Shown here piece after piece: positions 27,337 through 35,191 of a DNA stretch of 58,035 nt (positions are counted from its first letter, which is position 1; each line of letters opens with the position of its first letter). Below the pieces are notes generated by a model. It was not told the origin of the DNA and searched no databases. It saw only the letters and a list, made by a program, of their open reading frames with translations. This DNA comes from an uncultured bacterium. GTDB lineage: Bacteria; Hydrothermota; Tepidihabitantia; Tepidihabitantales; JBDRVQ01. The stretch lies in contig CAYRLZ010000013.1 of assembly GCA_964425275.1 (NCBI GenBank), forward strand, positions 1 to 58,035, in the 5' to 3' direction. Made by a program: the position numbers and the translations under genes.

Positions 27337-28009
27337 CTTCTAAGTAGATGATGCGGTTTGCCATCTTTGCCAGTTCTAAGTTATGGGTGACGACGACAAC
27401 TGTCAAACCCTTTTCGTTTAGGTTAAAGAATATCTCAAAGACCTCACGAGCGGTTTTTGAATCAAGGTTACCGGTCGGCTCATCCGCCAAAAGAAGCAAA
27501 GGGTTATTAACGAGTGCCCGGGCAATTGCTACCCTCTGCATCTCACCACCGGAGAGTTGACTCGGCCGATGCCGAATCTTATTTTCTAAACCCAATAACT
27601 TTAACAGTTCTTGTGCTCTCGCCAGCCGTTTTTTATTCCGGCTGAAAAGTCCGGGAAGTGATACATTCTCTAAGGCGGTGAGGGTGGGTATTAAGAAGAA
27701 CTGCTGAAAGACAAATCCGACGGTATTCCTTCTTATCTTTGTTAAAGTAGAGTCACTCTCCTGAGTCAATTCTCGCCCATCAAGGAAAAACCGACCATGG
27801 GTAAGTCGGTCAATACATCCCAGGATATTAAGAAGTGTTGTCTTGCCAGAACCCGAAGGTCCGACAATTGCTAAGAAATCACCCTTCTTCACCGAAAGGT
27901 CAACTCCTTGTAAGGCGAAGACCTTTTCTTCACCCCTCTTATAGACCTTCACCGCCTCTTTAAGTTGTGCTAACGCGCCGCGCCCGCTTTCGGCAATTTT
28001 ATCATTCAT
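27317..28009 (-). CDS. ABC transporter ATP-binding protein (LolD/MacB type)
   Basis: GPSGSGKT, LSGGEMQRVAIARAL, LADEPTGNLD. Confidence 0.95.
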   Translation of the reverse strand: MNDKIAESGRGALAQLKEAVKVYKRGEEKVFALQGVDLSVKKGDFLAIVGPSGSGKTTLLNILGCIDRLTHGRFFLDGRELTQESDSTLTKIRRNTVGFVFQQFFLIPTLTALENVSLPGLFSRNKKRLARAQELLKLLGLENKIRHRPSQLSGGEMQRVAIARALVNNPLLLLADEPTGNLDSKTAREVFEIFFNLNEKGLTVVVVTHNLELAKMANRIIYLEDGKIKE

Positions 28010-29183
28010 TTCTTACCGCCTCCATTGGAATTGCTCTTGCCGCCCTCAATGCCGGATAAAGGGAAGATAATAAACCAACCGCGGTCACTAATGCCGAGGT
28101 TATTAGAGCCAAGGAGAGACTAGGACGGACGATTCTTGCCATCGGAACGAAACTGACTAAAAATCTTCTTATATAGTTTTCAAATTGCGGCGTGAGGAGA
28201 GAACCATTCAAAAGCCCAAAAGCAACACCGACCGAAATAAGAATCAATGTCTCCAAAAGGACGAGATGGATAATGTCAAAGGAAGAGGCACCGACGCATC
28301 TTATGTAGCCAAACTCCTTTCTCCTCTCAAAGATGGTCATAAGAAAGGTGTTCATTATCGCAAAGATACACATTCCCAAGGCGATTACGACCATTACGAG
28401 CATTATCGCCTTGGTTGAGCCGAAGAAACTTAAAACCCCTTTACTTAAAGTCTCCGAAGGAAGTAGGAAGTATTCGGCGGGCAATACCTGTCGCATCTCT
28501 CTCTTCACCTCCTCCAAGTGAGCGAGAGAGGTCAGTTGGATACCAATCCCGGAGAGTTTCCCTTCTCGGGAGAAGAGTTTTAATAAGACCGAAAGCGGCA
28601 AAAAGAATGTGCCGTCATCTTGGGTATAGGTCGGTTCTAAGATACCAACCACTTCAAATTCCCGATTAAATTGCTCAAAGAAAATCTTATCTCCAATCTC
28701 ACGTTTTTCCAGCCGGGCAATGGTTTGCCCAAGGATAATGGAATTGGTATCCTTAAACCAAGAGCCTTTTAAGCGCCAGTTTGGCCGGATTCGCTCAATC
28801 GCTTCGGTTGCCCCGAAAAATATGTCGGTCCTTGAGCCATCCGGAGTCGTTATCGCAAGAATACTGAACGGCATTATCTCCTTTATATATTTTGCTGACT
28901 TTATCTTTCTTATTGTATCAATAACCCCTGTCCCGACGAACTGCGGACTGGCGCCTCCTTGGACGATTATTGACGCCGCCTCCATTGGACAGCCCTCTTT
29001 TGAGATATAAAGGTGGATACCGCTCTTTTTGACCAGTTCCTCCTCAACCGCCGATTTATAACCCCGGTCTAAGGAGAGGACAGTAAAGACGACAATCGTT
29101 GCCACTACTACACTGAGAATTGTGAGCAGGGTTCGGATTTTTGAACGGAGTAAGTTTTTAAGAGAAAGGCTTATGAAACTCAT
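28002..29183 (-). CDS. ABC transporter permease (MacB/FtsX type)
   Basis: KNLLRSKIRTLLT, large periplasmic domain, ERRKEFG..R.VGA, YPA.RAA...PMEAVR. Confidence 0.93.
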   Translation of the reverse strand: MSFISLSLKNLLRSKIRTLLTILSVVVATIVVFTVLSLDRGYKSAVEEELVKKSGIHLYISKEGCPMEAASIIVQGGASPQFVGTGVIDTIRKIKSAKYIKEIMPFSILAITTPDGSRTDIFFGATEAIERIRPNWRLKGSWFKDTNSIILGQTIARLEKREIGDKIFFEQFNREFEVVGILEPTYTQDDGTFFLPLSVLLKLFSREGKLSGIGIQLTSLAHLEEVKREMRQVLPAEYFLLPSETLSKGVLSFFGSTKAIMLVMVVIALGMCIFAIMNTFLMTIFERRKEFGYIRCVGASSFDIIHLVLLETLILISVGVAFGLLNGSLLTPQFENYIRRFLVSFVPMARIVRPSLSLALITSALVTAVGLLSSLYPALRAARAIPMEAVRNE

Positions 29184-29208
29184 AAAACACCAACCCGTGC
29201 GGCCTCTC

Positions 29209-29616
29209 TCATCTCTCTTTAATTTCCAGACCTAAGAGGATAAGAAATGGCTTTTCCTCTCCACTTACCTTACCATAGACTCTTACCGGGCGTTTCTTTT
29301 TCAGGAGGGTAAGAATCTTCGCCCCAAAGTCGGCAAAGACCTTAATTGAAAATGAACCCTCTTGATAGGTAAATTCACAGCCCGAAGAGCAGAAATAACC
29401 AACCGTTCCTTCCAGTAGAACCTCTTGGTCCTGGTAGGCGAGAGGGTCAACAAGGATTGCTTGAAGGGGAGTAACCGCAAGACCCTTGGGAATTGAGGCG
29501 CCAATTCCCGCAAGGTTTTTCTTCTGAGTTCGGGCCGAGTATCGGAAGACTACTAAAATAACTATTATACCGATAATAAGAGCGACTACCCTTCCCTGAA
29601 ACTTATCCATTTTCAC
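29209..29616 (-). CDS. Membrane-anchored hypothetical protein, OB-fold-like with CxxxC
   Basis: N-terminal TM helix; V.LEG.V..FCSSGCEF ... V.VYG.V. Confidence 0.65.
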   Translation of the reverse strand: MKMDKFQGRVVALIIGIIVILVVFRYSARTQKKNLAGIGASIPKGLAVTPLQAILVDPLAYQDQEVLLEGTVGYFCSSGCEFTYQEGSFSIKVFADFGAKILTLLKKKRPVRVYGKVSGEEKPFLILLGLEIKER

Positions 29617-30185
29617 CTCCCCAGTATTTCTTTAACGATACTTAACACTTCTCTTGGATTTTTCCCCAATAAAACGAAGAGTGGTTCTTTCCCCCACCCT
29701 TCGGTTTCATAAAAGATTTTCGGAATTTGGTTATTAGAGCGGGAAAAAAGGGACTTTATCTTCCATCCCATAGACTTCCTATCTTCCTTCTGTAATTCCT
29801 TTGGTTCTTTTCTTCTATCTATCTTCCCCAGGAAAATCCCTTTCCTTAAACAGTAACTTTTAATCCGGCGTAAGATTTTGTCGTCATACTTAAAATTTAA
29901 TGACGCCCGCAGTCCCTTATCATATTTTGCCACCTCAATTAAAAGACGGGCGAGATGGTCTGAGGCACCAAATTTCACTTTGCCAGCCGCTTTTGGTCTC
30001 CCATCAACCACCGTAATCCTGCCGTCCACTGCGGCCACATCGGTAATCTCCTTTGGATTCTCTCGGGCATAGGCGAAATTCGTCCTCACCTCGGGAATAA
30101 GTTCGGCGAATTCTTTCATCTTTTCTAATTCCTTAACGCCCGCTCTCAATTCCCTTAATATTCGCAAGTCCATCTTTCTTTTCAT
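29613..30185 (-). CDS. Thiamine-phosphate synthase family protein (ThiN-like)
   Basis: LIPEVRTNFAYA, DVAAVDGRI, FGASDHLAR, EP...SMGW and GWGKEP motifs. Confidence 0.88.
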   Translation of the reverse strand: MKRKMDLRILRELRAGVKELEKMKEFAELIPEVRTNFAYARENPKEITDVAAVDGRITVVDGRPKAAGKVKFGASDHLARLLIEVAKYDKGLRASLNFKYDDKILRRIKSYCLRKGIFLGKIDRRKEPKELQKEDRKSMGWKIKSLFSRSNNQIPKIFYETEGWGKEPLFVLLGKNPREVLSIVKEILGR

Positions 30186-31213
30186 TTCCCTAAGGTGCTA
30201 AAATAGGCATTCCAGAAAGGGTCAACTTTGACCGGCGTCAGTTCTTCTCTTCGCCCATCTTTTCGGATAAAAACCCGCTCGCCTTCTTTAATTTCGCCAA
30301 TCACGAATGCCAAGATACCTTCTGCCTGCAAAGAAGAGAGTAAAGAAGGAAGATTCTCTTCGGGCGCAGTGATAATGAGAGTTCCTTCACTTATTGAAAT
30401 TAATGGGTCAATCTGAAAATATTCACAGACCGCCTTCACCTCATCGGGAATCAAAATTTTGTCTTCCCATATCTCAATACCGGTATTTGAGGCATTGGCG
30501 ACTTCGTATAAACCATTTAAGAGACCACCTTCGGTGGCATCGTGCATCGCGTGGGCATATCTGCGAGCAGTGAGGGCCTCTTTAACCACCGTCATCTCAA
30601 AGAAGAGCCTTTTTGCCTTTTCTGTTCTCTCTTTACCTAAACTCTCTACCAATTCTTTCTCGGCCTGTAAGGCTAAAATTCCGGTTGCCTCAATTGCCGG
30701 ACCTTTCGTTATTATTACTCTATCCCCTACTTGCGCATTGGAGGGCGGCGTCAATTCCTCTCTTTTCCCAAATCCCCAGACCGTGCAGCCACCATTTAAG
30801 GGATAGGAAATTCCCGGATAAACACCAGTATGACCACCGACAATCGCAATACCCAATTTTTCACACTCCTGATGAATCTGCTGCCAGAGGAAACTAAACT
30901 CTTCGGTCTTTGTGCCCGGTGGTAAGAGAAGGCATATCGTCATAAACTCCGGCTTTACCCCCAGAACCGCCACATCACTGGCACAGATGTGAACAATTGA
31001 CCAGCCAAAATAAGGGATTAAAACCGGCATCCCAAAGGTCGGGTCTTCGGCAACCACCATAACCTTCTCATCTAAGTCAATCACTCCGGCATCAACCCCA
31101 TGTTGTGGCTTTATCAAAACCCTTTCATCCGCTCTCCCTAAATTAGGGAATATTATCGTCTCAAATATCTTTCGGTCTAATTTACCGATTTCCGGCAAAG
31201 GAAGGTCTTTCAT
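30182..31213 (-). CDS. AIR synthase/HypE/ThiL superfamily protein
   Basis: GVDAG, EDP, SDVA, IVGGHT, MHDATEGG, ISEGTL; SD AGGAGG before ATG 31213. Confidence 0.88.
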   Translation of the reverse strand: MKDLPLPEIGKLDRKIFETIIFPNLGRADERVLIKPQHGVDAGVIDLDEKVMVVAEDPTFGMPVLIPYFGWSIVHICASDVAVLGVKPEFMTICLLLPPGTKTEEFSFLWQQIHQECEKLGIAIVGGHTGVYPGISYPLNGGCTVWGFGKREELTPPSNAQVGDRVIITKGPAIEATGILALQAEKELVESLGKERTEKAKRLFFEMTVVKEALTARRYAHAMHDATEGGLLNGLYEVANASNTGIEIWEDKILIPDEVKAVCEYFQIDPLISISEGTLIITAPEENLPSLLSSLQAEGILAFVIGEIKEGERVFIRKDGRREELTPVKVDPFWNAYFSTLGK

Positions 31214-31229
31214 CGTTCCTCCTATGATT

Positions 31230-31319
31230 ATGCCAGCCCAAGTAAACCGGCTCCCTGCCCTCAAATATCATTTTAGTCCAATTAACCGGGCATCGGTTAT
31301 GAGCCGGTGGGGCTGGCAT
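31230..31319 (-). ncRNA. Candidate structured 5' leader RNA, unassigned family
   Basis: 10-bp and 8-bp nested perfect stems, a 6-bp hairpin and a possible UGCCC/GGGCA pseudoknot; ends 6 nt before the SD. Confidence 0.5.
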
Positions 31320-31347
31320 CAAATCTTATCTTTCCCATCTTAATTAT

Positions 31348-31374
31348 GACGCAAAAAGAGCCCAAAAAGTTACG
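31348..31374 (-). promoter_or_regulatory. ECF sigma promoter (GTAAC-N17-CGTC)
   Basis: CGTAACTTTTTGGGCTCTTTTTGCGTCATAATTAAGATG, near-identical to the 32397-32434 site. Confidence 0.8.
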
Positions 31375-31464
31375 CAGGTGCTAATCACCAAATAATTGGT
31401 CTTCCTAATTTAGCAAAGAGACTTAGGAAGCCGTTGGTTAGAGAAAACTTTCTTAATGAGAATC

Positions 31465-32382
31465 CTAAGAATTCAAGAGAGGGGATTTATAAAGAGAGAG
31501 GAGTTCAAAGATATACCCTAAGATTAAAGATAGGATGCTTATAACTGTTAGATAGAATATGAGAATTTTTGTCCCGAACTCCTTTCTTATGACCAAGAGG
31601 GCACCCCAGGCGGTAATTGGACCTAAGATTAAAAGTGCCATTGCCGCACCGATATTCATACCCCGAAATATTAAGGCGTGGACCAATGGCACACTGCTCG
31701 TTGAGCAGATATACATTATTATCCCAAAGATTAGGGCGAAGATATAACCGCCGGGACCGGAGAGATAACTTTTGATAAAAATCCCGATTGGGACAACAGT
31801 AGCGACAACAGCGGCTAAAAATATACCGATTAAAGTCTCCTTACCAATATCTTTTGGCATTTCAATGAAGGCAAATTTGAGGGTGGAGCGGAGACGATTG
31901 AACAGGTTTACTTTGTGTAATTGGCAGGAAGAGACGGCAGAACAGTGGGGGCAAGGCTTTTCTTCTATAATCCGGGGCTGGAATTTTATCTGGTTGCCCA
32001 AGATACCTAAGATAAGACCTAAGGTGATGACGGATAAAAATATATACAGGGTAAAACCAAGACCCAAGAGGCGATAGGTTACCAATAAGGCGCTTACTGA
32101 TGTTGCCGGGGTAGCGGCTAAAAAGGCTAAGACCGGACCAAGACGCGCCCCCTTGCGATAGAAGGTTATCGCCATGGGTAAAGAACCAAAACAGCATACC
32201 GGGAGGCAAGTTCCGACAATTGTGGCGTAGAAGATGGGTCTTATCCCACCGCCGCCGAGATTTTTTTCAACCCAGTCCGAAGGGACGAATTCGTGGATGA
32301 GACCAGAAATTAAAAATCCAACGGCAAGCACGGGTAGGATTTCCAGGAGGTAATGGAAAAAGATGGCGATTAGTTGTTCCAT
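31465..32382 (-). CDS. Permease, DUF318/ArsP-like
   Basis: GTCLPVCCFG, AFLAATP, MYICS, MALLILGP; Cys/His-rich central loop CPHC...C.LH. Confidence 0.88.
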   Translation of the reverse strand: MEQLIAIFFHYLLEILPVLAVGFLISGLIHEFVPSDWVEKNLGGGGIRPIFYATIVGTCLPVCCFGSLPMAITFYRKGARLGPVLAFLAATPATSVSALLVTYRLLGLGFTLYIFLSVITLGLILGILGNQIKFQPRIIEEKPCPHCSAVSSCQLHKVNLFNRLRSTLKFAFIEMPKDIGKETLIGIFLAAVVATVVPIGIFIKSYLSGPGGYIFALIFGIIMYICSTSSVPLVHALIFRGMNIGAAMALLILGPITAWGALLVIRKEFGTKILIFYLTVISILSLILGYIFELLSLYKSPLLNS

Positions 32383-32408
32383 TATCTATTCTAACTCATC
32401 TTAATTAT

Positions 32409-32434
32409 GACGCAAAAGAACGCAAAAAGTTACG
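32409..32434 (-). promoter_or_regulatory. ECF sigma promoter (GTAAC-N16-CGTC)
   Basis: CGTAACTTTTTGCGTTCTTTTGCGTCATAATTAAGATG upstream of the permease. Confidence 0.8.
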
Positions 32435-32489
32435 GTATTAATTACCAGTTCCAAAGTTCTTTCCGAAAGCCTCGGCAGAGGAATCCTCG

Positions 32490-33272
32490 CTATTCTTTCA
32501 GGCATGGGCAGGGAGATTGTTTGATACCGGATTTGGGGTTTAATTTCTCTTCAATACAGCAATTTCTCTCAAGACATTGATTGATTGCCTTTTGGATTAA
32601 GGTCGTATCACAACCGCAAGCGGATACCTTTATTCTTTCTAGGATGCTTTTATGCCCTTGATTGACCCTCTGGATTTTCCCTAATAACTCAGAGCACTCT
32701 TCTTTCGGAAGTGAATCGGAGCAGTGAATCGCCAATTCCACCTCACCTAACATCGCACTCAATAGACCGGGATGAATCCGCTTCTGCCTTTCAAATGCCC
32801 AGAGCAATTCATTTGCCCTCCTATCCGCAAAAGTTAGATGAAGAAAGGCATTGCTCTTCTGGTCAACAGTCAAGGTATGCTGAACCTTTTCTGCAAACCG
32901 TTTAACCGGATATAGAATATGCCCGGGCATACTGCGCGCACTGAAAGAGAGCGTTGTCCAGCCAACAAAGATAACCAATAATATTAATGAGACCACTCGC
33001 ACCGGTGCCAGTGCCAATACCCTTTGCAGTCTAAATCGGAACGATGGCGCCCTTTGTTCGGCAATCACTTTTTCAACTTCCCAGAAGAAAGCACTCATCA
33101 CCTCCGGGGAAGGTTCGGGCTTTGGCAAACCCTTAATTTTAACTGACAAGCGCAAAATGGGTTCTAACTCCTGGGAAAATTCCGGATATTCCCTTAAACA
33201 ATCCTCAACACTTCTTCCTTGCTCAATTTTGGTTAATAATTTATCTAAGACCTCTTCAATCTTTAATCTCAT
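32490..33272 (-). CDS. Putative anti-sigma factor (DUF5667-like) with Cys-rich C-terminus
   Basis: G.SVEDCL..YPE...ELEP.L N-terminus, one TM helix, SMPG..LYPVKR..E, A..RA.EL; overlaps the sigma gene. Confidence 0.8.
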   Translation of the reverse strand: MRLKIEEVLDKLLTKIEQGRSVEDCLREYPEFSQELEPILRLSVKIKGLPKPEPSPEVMSAFFWEVEKVIAEQRAPSFRFRLQRVLALAPVRVVSLILLVIFVGWTTLSFSARSMPGHILYPVKRFAEKVQHTLTVDQKSNAFLHLTFADRRANELLWAFERQKRIHPGLLSAMLGEVELAIHCSDSLPKEECSELLGKIQRVNQGHKSILERIKVSACGCDTTLIQKAINQCLERNCCIEEKLNPKSGIKQSPCPCLKE

Positions 33273-33843
33273 AACCCTTTTTTCTAAAATATTCCCTCAA
33301 TGCCTGTAATGCCCGAAACTGCAGGGCCTTGACCGCCCCCACTCGTTTCCCCATAATCCTACTCACCTCTTCATTAGAATATCCCTGAATAAAACGGAGG
33401 TTTATAACCTCTGCCTGTTCTCTAGTTAGGCAACACATTGCCTTCTTGAGGATAGACGGATTTAACCATTCTACATTCTCTTGCTTTACTTCTCGCTCAT
33501 CCGGAATATCCTCTTCCAAATCATCAATTTTCACTTCTTTCCTGACCCCCTGCCGGCGATAAAAATCAATCACCATATTGGAAGCAATCCGATAGACCCA
33601 GTGCTTAAAATTCTTTTTTTGCCCAGGCAAATTTTTTAGTATCTTCAAAATCACCGCGCCGGTCAAATCCTCAGCATCTTCTTTTCTTTCAACCCGATAA
33701 AAGATATAACGGTAAACCTTAGGATAAAGATACTTAAAGAGCCGGGTTAAGGCATCCTTATCACCAACCTTTGCCGCTTTAACCACCTTTAATAGTTCAT
33801 CGTTATTTAGTTCTTCATTTAATATAGACGAATTAGCCGGCAT
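33256..33843 (-). CDS. ECF RNA polymerase sigma factor
   Basis: GDKDA, DAEDL, WVYRIASN..ID..R (region 2), LT.EQ.EVI.LRF..G.S..EV..IMG...GAVK (region 4); ATG 33843 preferred. Confidence 0.94.
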   Translation of the reverse strand: MPANSSILNEELNNDELLKVVKAAKVGDKDALTRLFKYLYPKVYRYIFYRVERKEDAEDLTGAVILKILKNLPGQKKNFKHWVYRIASNMVIDFYRRQGVRKEVKIDDLEEDIPDEREVKQENVEWLNPSILKKAMCCLTREQAEVINLRFIQGYSNEEVSRIMGKRVGAVKALQFRALQALREYFRKKGYEIKD

Positions 33844-33852
33844 AAAGTTACG
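33827..33852 (-). promoter_or_regulatory. Third ECF promoter copy overlapping the sigma gene start (autoregulation candidate)
   Basis: CGTAACTTTATGCCGGCTAATTCGTCTATATT, i.e. GTAAC-N16-CGTC. Confidence 0.65.
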
Positions 33853-34496
33853 GATAATATTAAATGCTTTAAGGCTAAAAGTCAACCTGGACGCCGCTCC
33901 GCGTTACCCTTTGTTTATAGAACTTACCGCTCACCGACCTTGCCAACTCTAAAACCAGTTATAGAAGAATAAGTATCCTAAAAATAAGACTAAATTAAAC
34001 ACCGCCGAAGAGAGATTAAGGTCTTGTCAACTAAACCTTATGAAATTCCTCAGATACTATCTTCATTATCTCCCTTAAAATCTCCCTATCGCAACCCTCT
34101 CTTAAAATTCCTTTACTGTCCTCAAATAAGCATAAACCAGACATAACTCATCCCTTTCTTCTGAAATAAAAATTCTTTTACCATCTTGATGACCCTATCC
34201 TTTATCTCCTCACCCTTCGCATATCTCTCCACTGTCTCTTTCTGCCTTGTTTCTTGGAAAGGTTTCTGTCCTGCCAATCTCTTAACCTCCCTTCTAAAGG
34301 CATCACCTTTATCATCAGCGGTAATTTTAGCCCCTTTTCCTTATATCCCTTCTGAATTTCCTTCAACTTATTTACATTACTTCTATCCTCTCTTGTTTTT
34401 TCCAATCTCTGAAAGTATTCCTCGGCAAAGGCAAGAGAGTTAGATAAGATAATCCTATCCAAATTTTGCCTCCTGTTAATTACCCGAACAAAAGTT

Positions 34497-34830
34497 CTAT
34501 AACTATTGTTATATAACAATAGTTATAGTTTTCAAAGCCCGATTTTTGGTCCTAAGTCTTTGGTTTGCCGTAACTTATTGGATTTTTTAAGGAAGATAGG
34601 GGGTAGCCCTCTGGGTCGTCTTCTTGGTCTATTTTTTAACCTAATCCTTGGTCTAATTGAAAGCCTAATTTTCGGTCTAATTCTCTAACTATTTCTCTTT
34701 CTAACCGAAGGGCTAATTCTCTGTCTAATTGTTAGCGTAATTCTTTAAGTAATGGAGTTAGTAATTCTCGGTCTAATTCTCTGCCTAATTCTCAGTCTAA
34801 TTGAGCGTCTAATTCTCTAAGTAGTAGGAC
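34497..34830 (+). repeat. Composite element copy A: 32-bp perfect palindrome + 25-bp dyad box + core + about 17 degenerate 12-bp units (NNNCTAATTNNN)
   Basis: Gap-free similarity of about 34500-34655 to the reverse complement of about 57435-57590, including 39 identical bp. Confidence 0.9.
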
Positions 34831-35191
34831 CAAATACCCTATTATTTTTGCGACAGGTGGATAGTCTTATCAGAGGTCGCAATTGTTTTTTAAGTTATTG
34901 AAAAGTAAAGACTTAAAAAGAAGATAAAAGATTAGGGATTATATTAGCCTGTAAGACTTTTATAAGGTGATTAGGGTTGTTTTTTCTTTACGGTTTCCCT
35001 ACTAAATTTAAGCCATTGTAAATCAATAACTTATTTTATAAAAGATGGTTGTAAGGTTTGGTATAAGTAATGCATTAGTAAGGGTTTAGATGGTGCTGAA
35101 ATGAAAGGCAGGAAGGAATTTCAGAGAAAATGCGGCTCTCATCCGTGGGCCTATCCGGGGAATGAAAGGAGGCAACTAAAAATGGGAGGGA

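Noticed and set aside
31230-31319. TPP riboswitch or intrinsic terminator
   Set aside because: Lacks the CUGAGA and ACCUG TPP motifs and has no U-tract; kept only as an unassigned structured leader
34497-34528. dif site or replication origin
   Set aside because: No match to the XerC/XerD dif consensus, no cluster of DnaA boxes seen, and the palindrome occurs at two loci
34186-34688. ORFs 34186-34443, 34202-34519 and 34506-34688
   Set aside because: They arise from the palindrome and low-complexity arrays (both strands start MLYNNSY); no SD, and the homologous copy B has stops
34620-34830. CRISPR array interpretation of the leader plus repeat arrays (also 57250-57470)
   Set aside because: The constant part is only about 6 bp and the variable part 6 bp, far below CRISPR repeat/spacer sizes; no cas genes in the window
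34850-35190. ops/JUMPstart element or c-di-GMP riboswitch ahead of the polysaccharide operon
   Set aside because: No GGCGGTAG and no recognisable riboswitch consensus; only short generic stems
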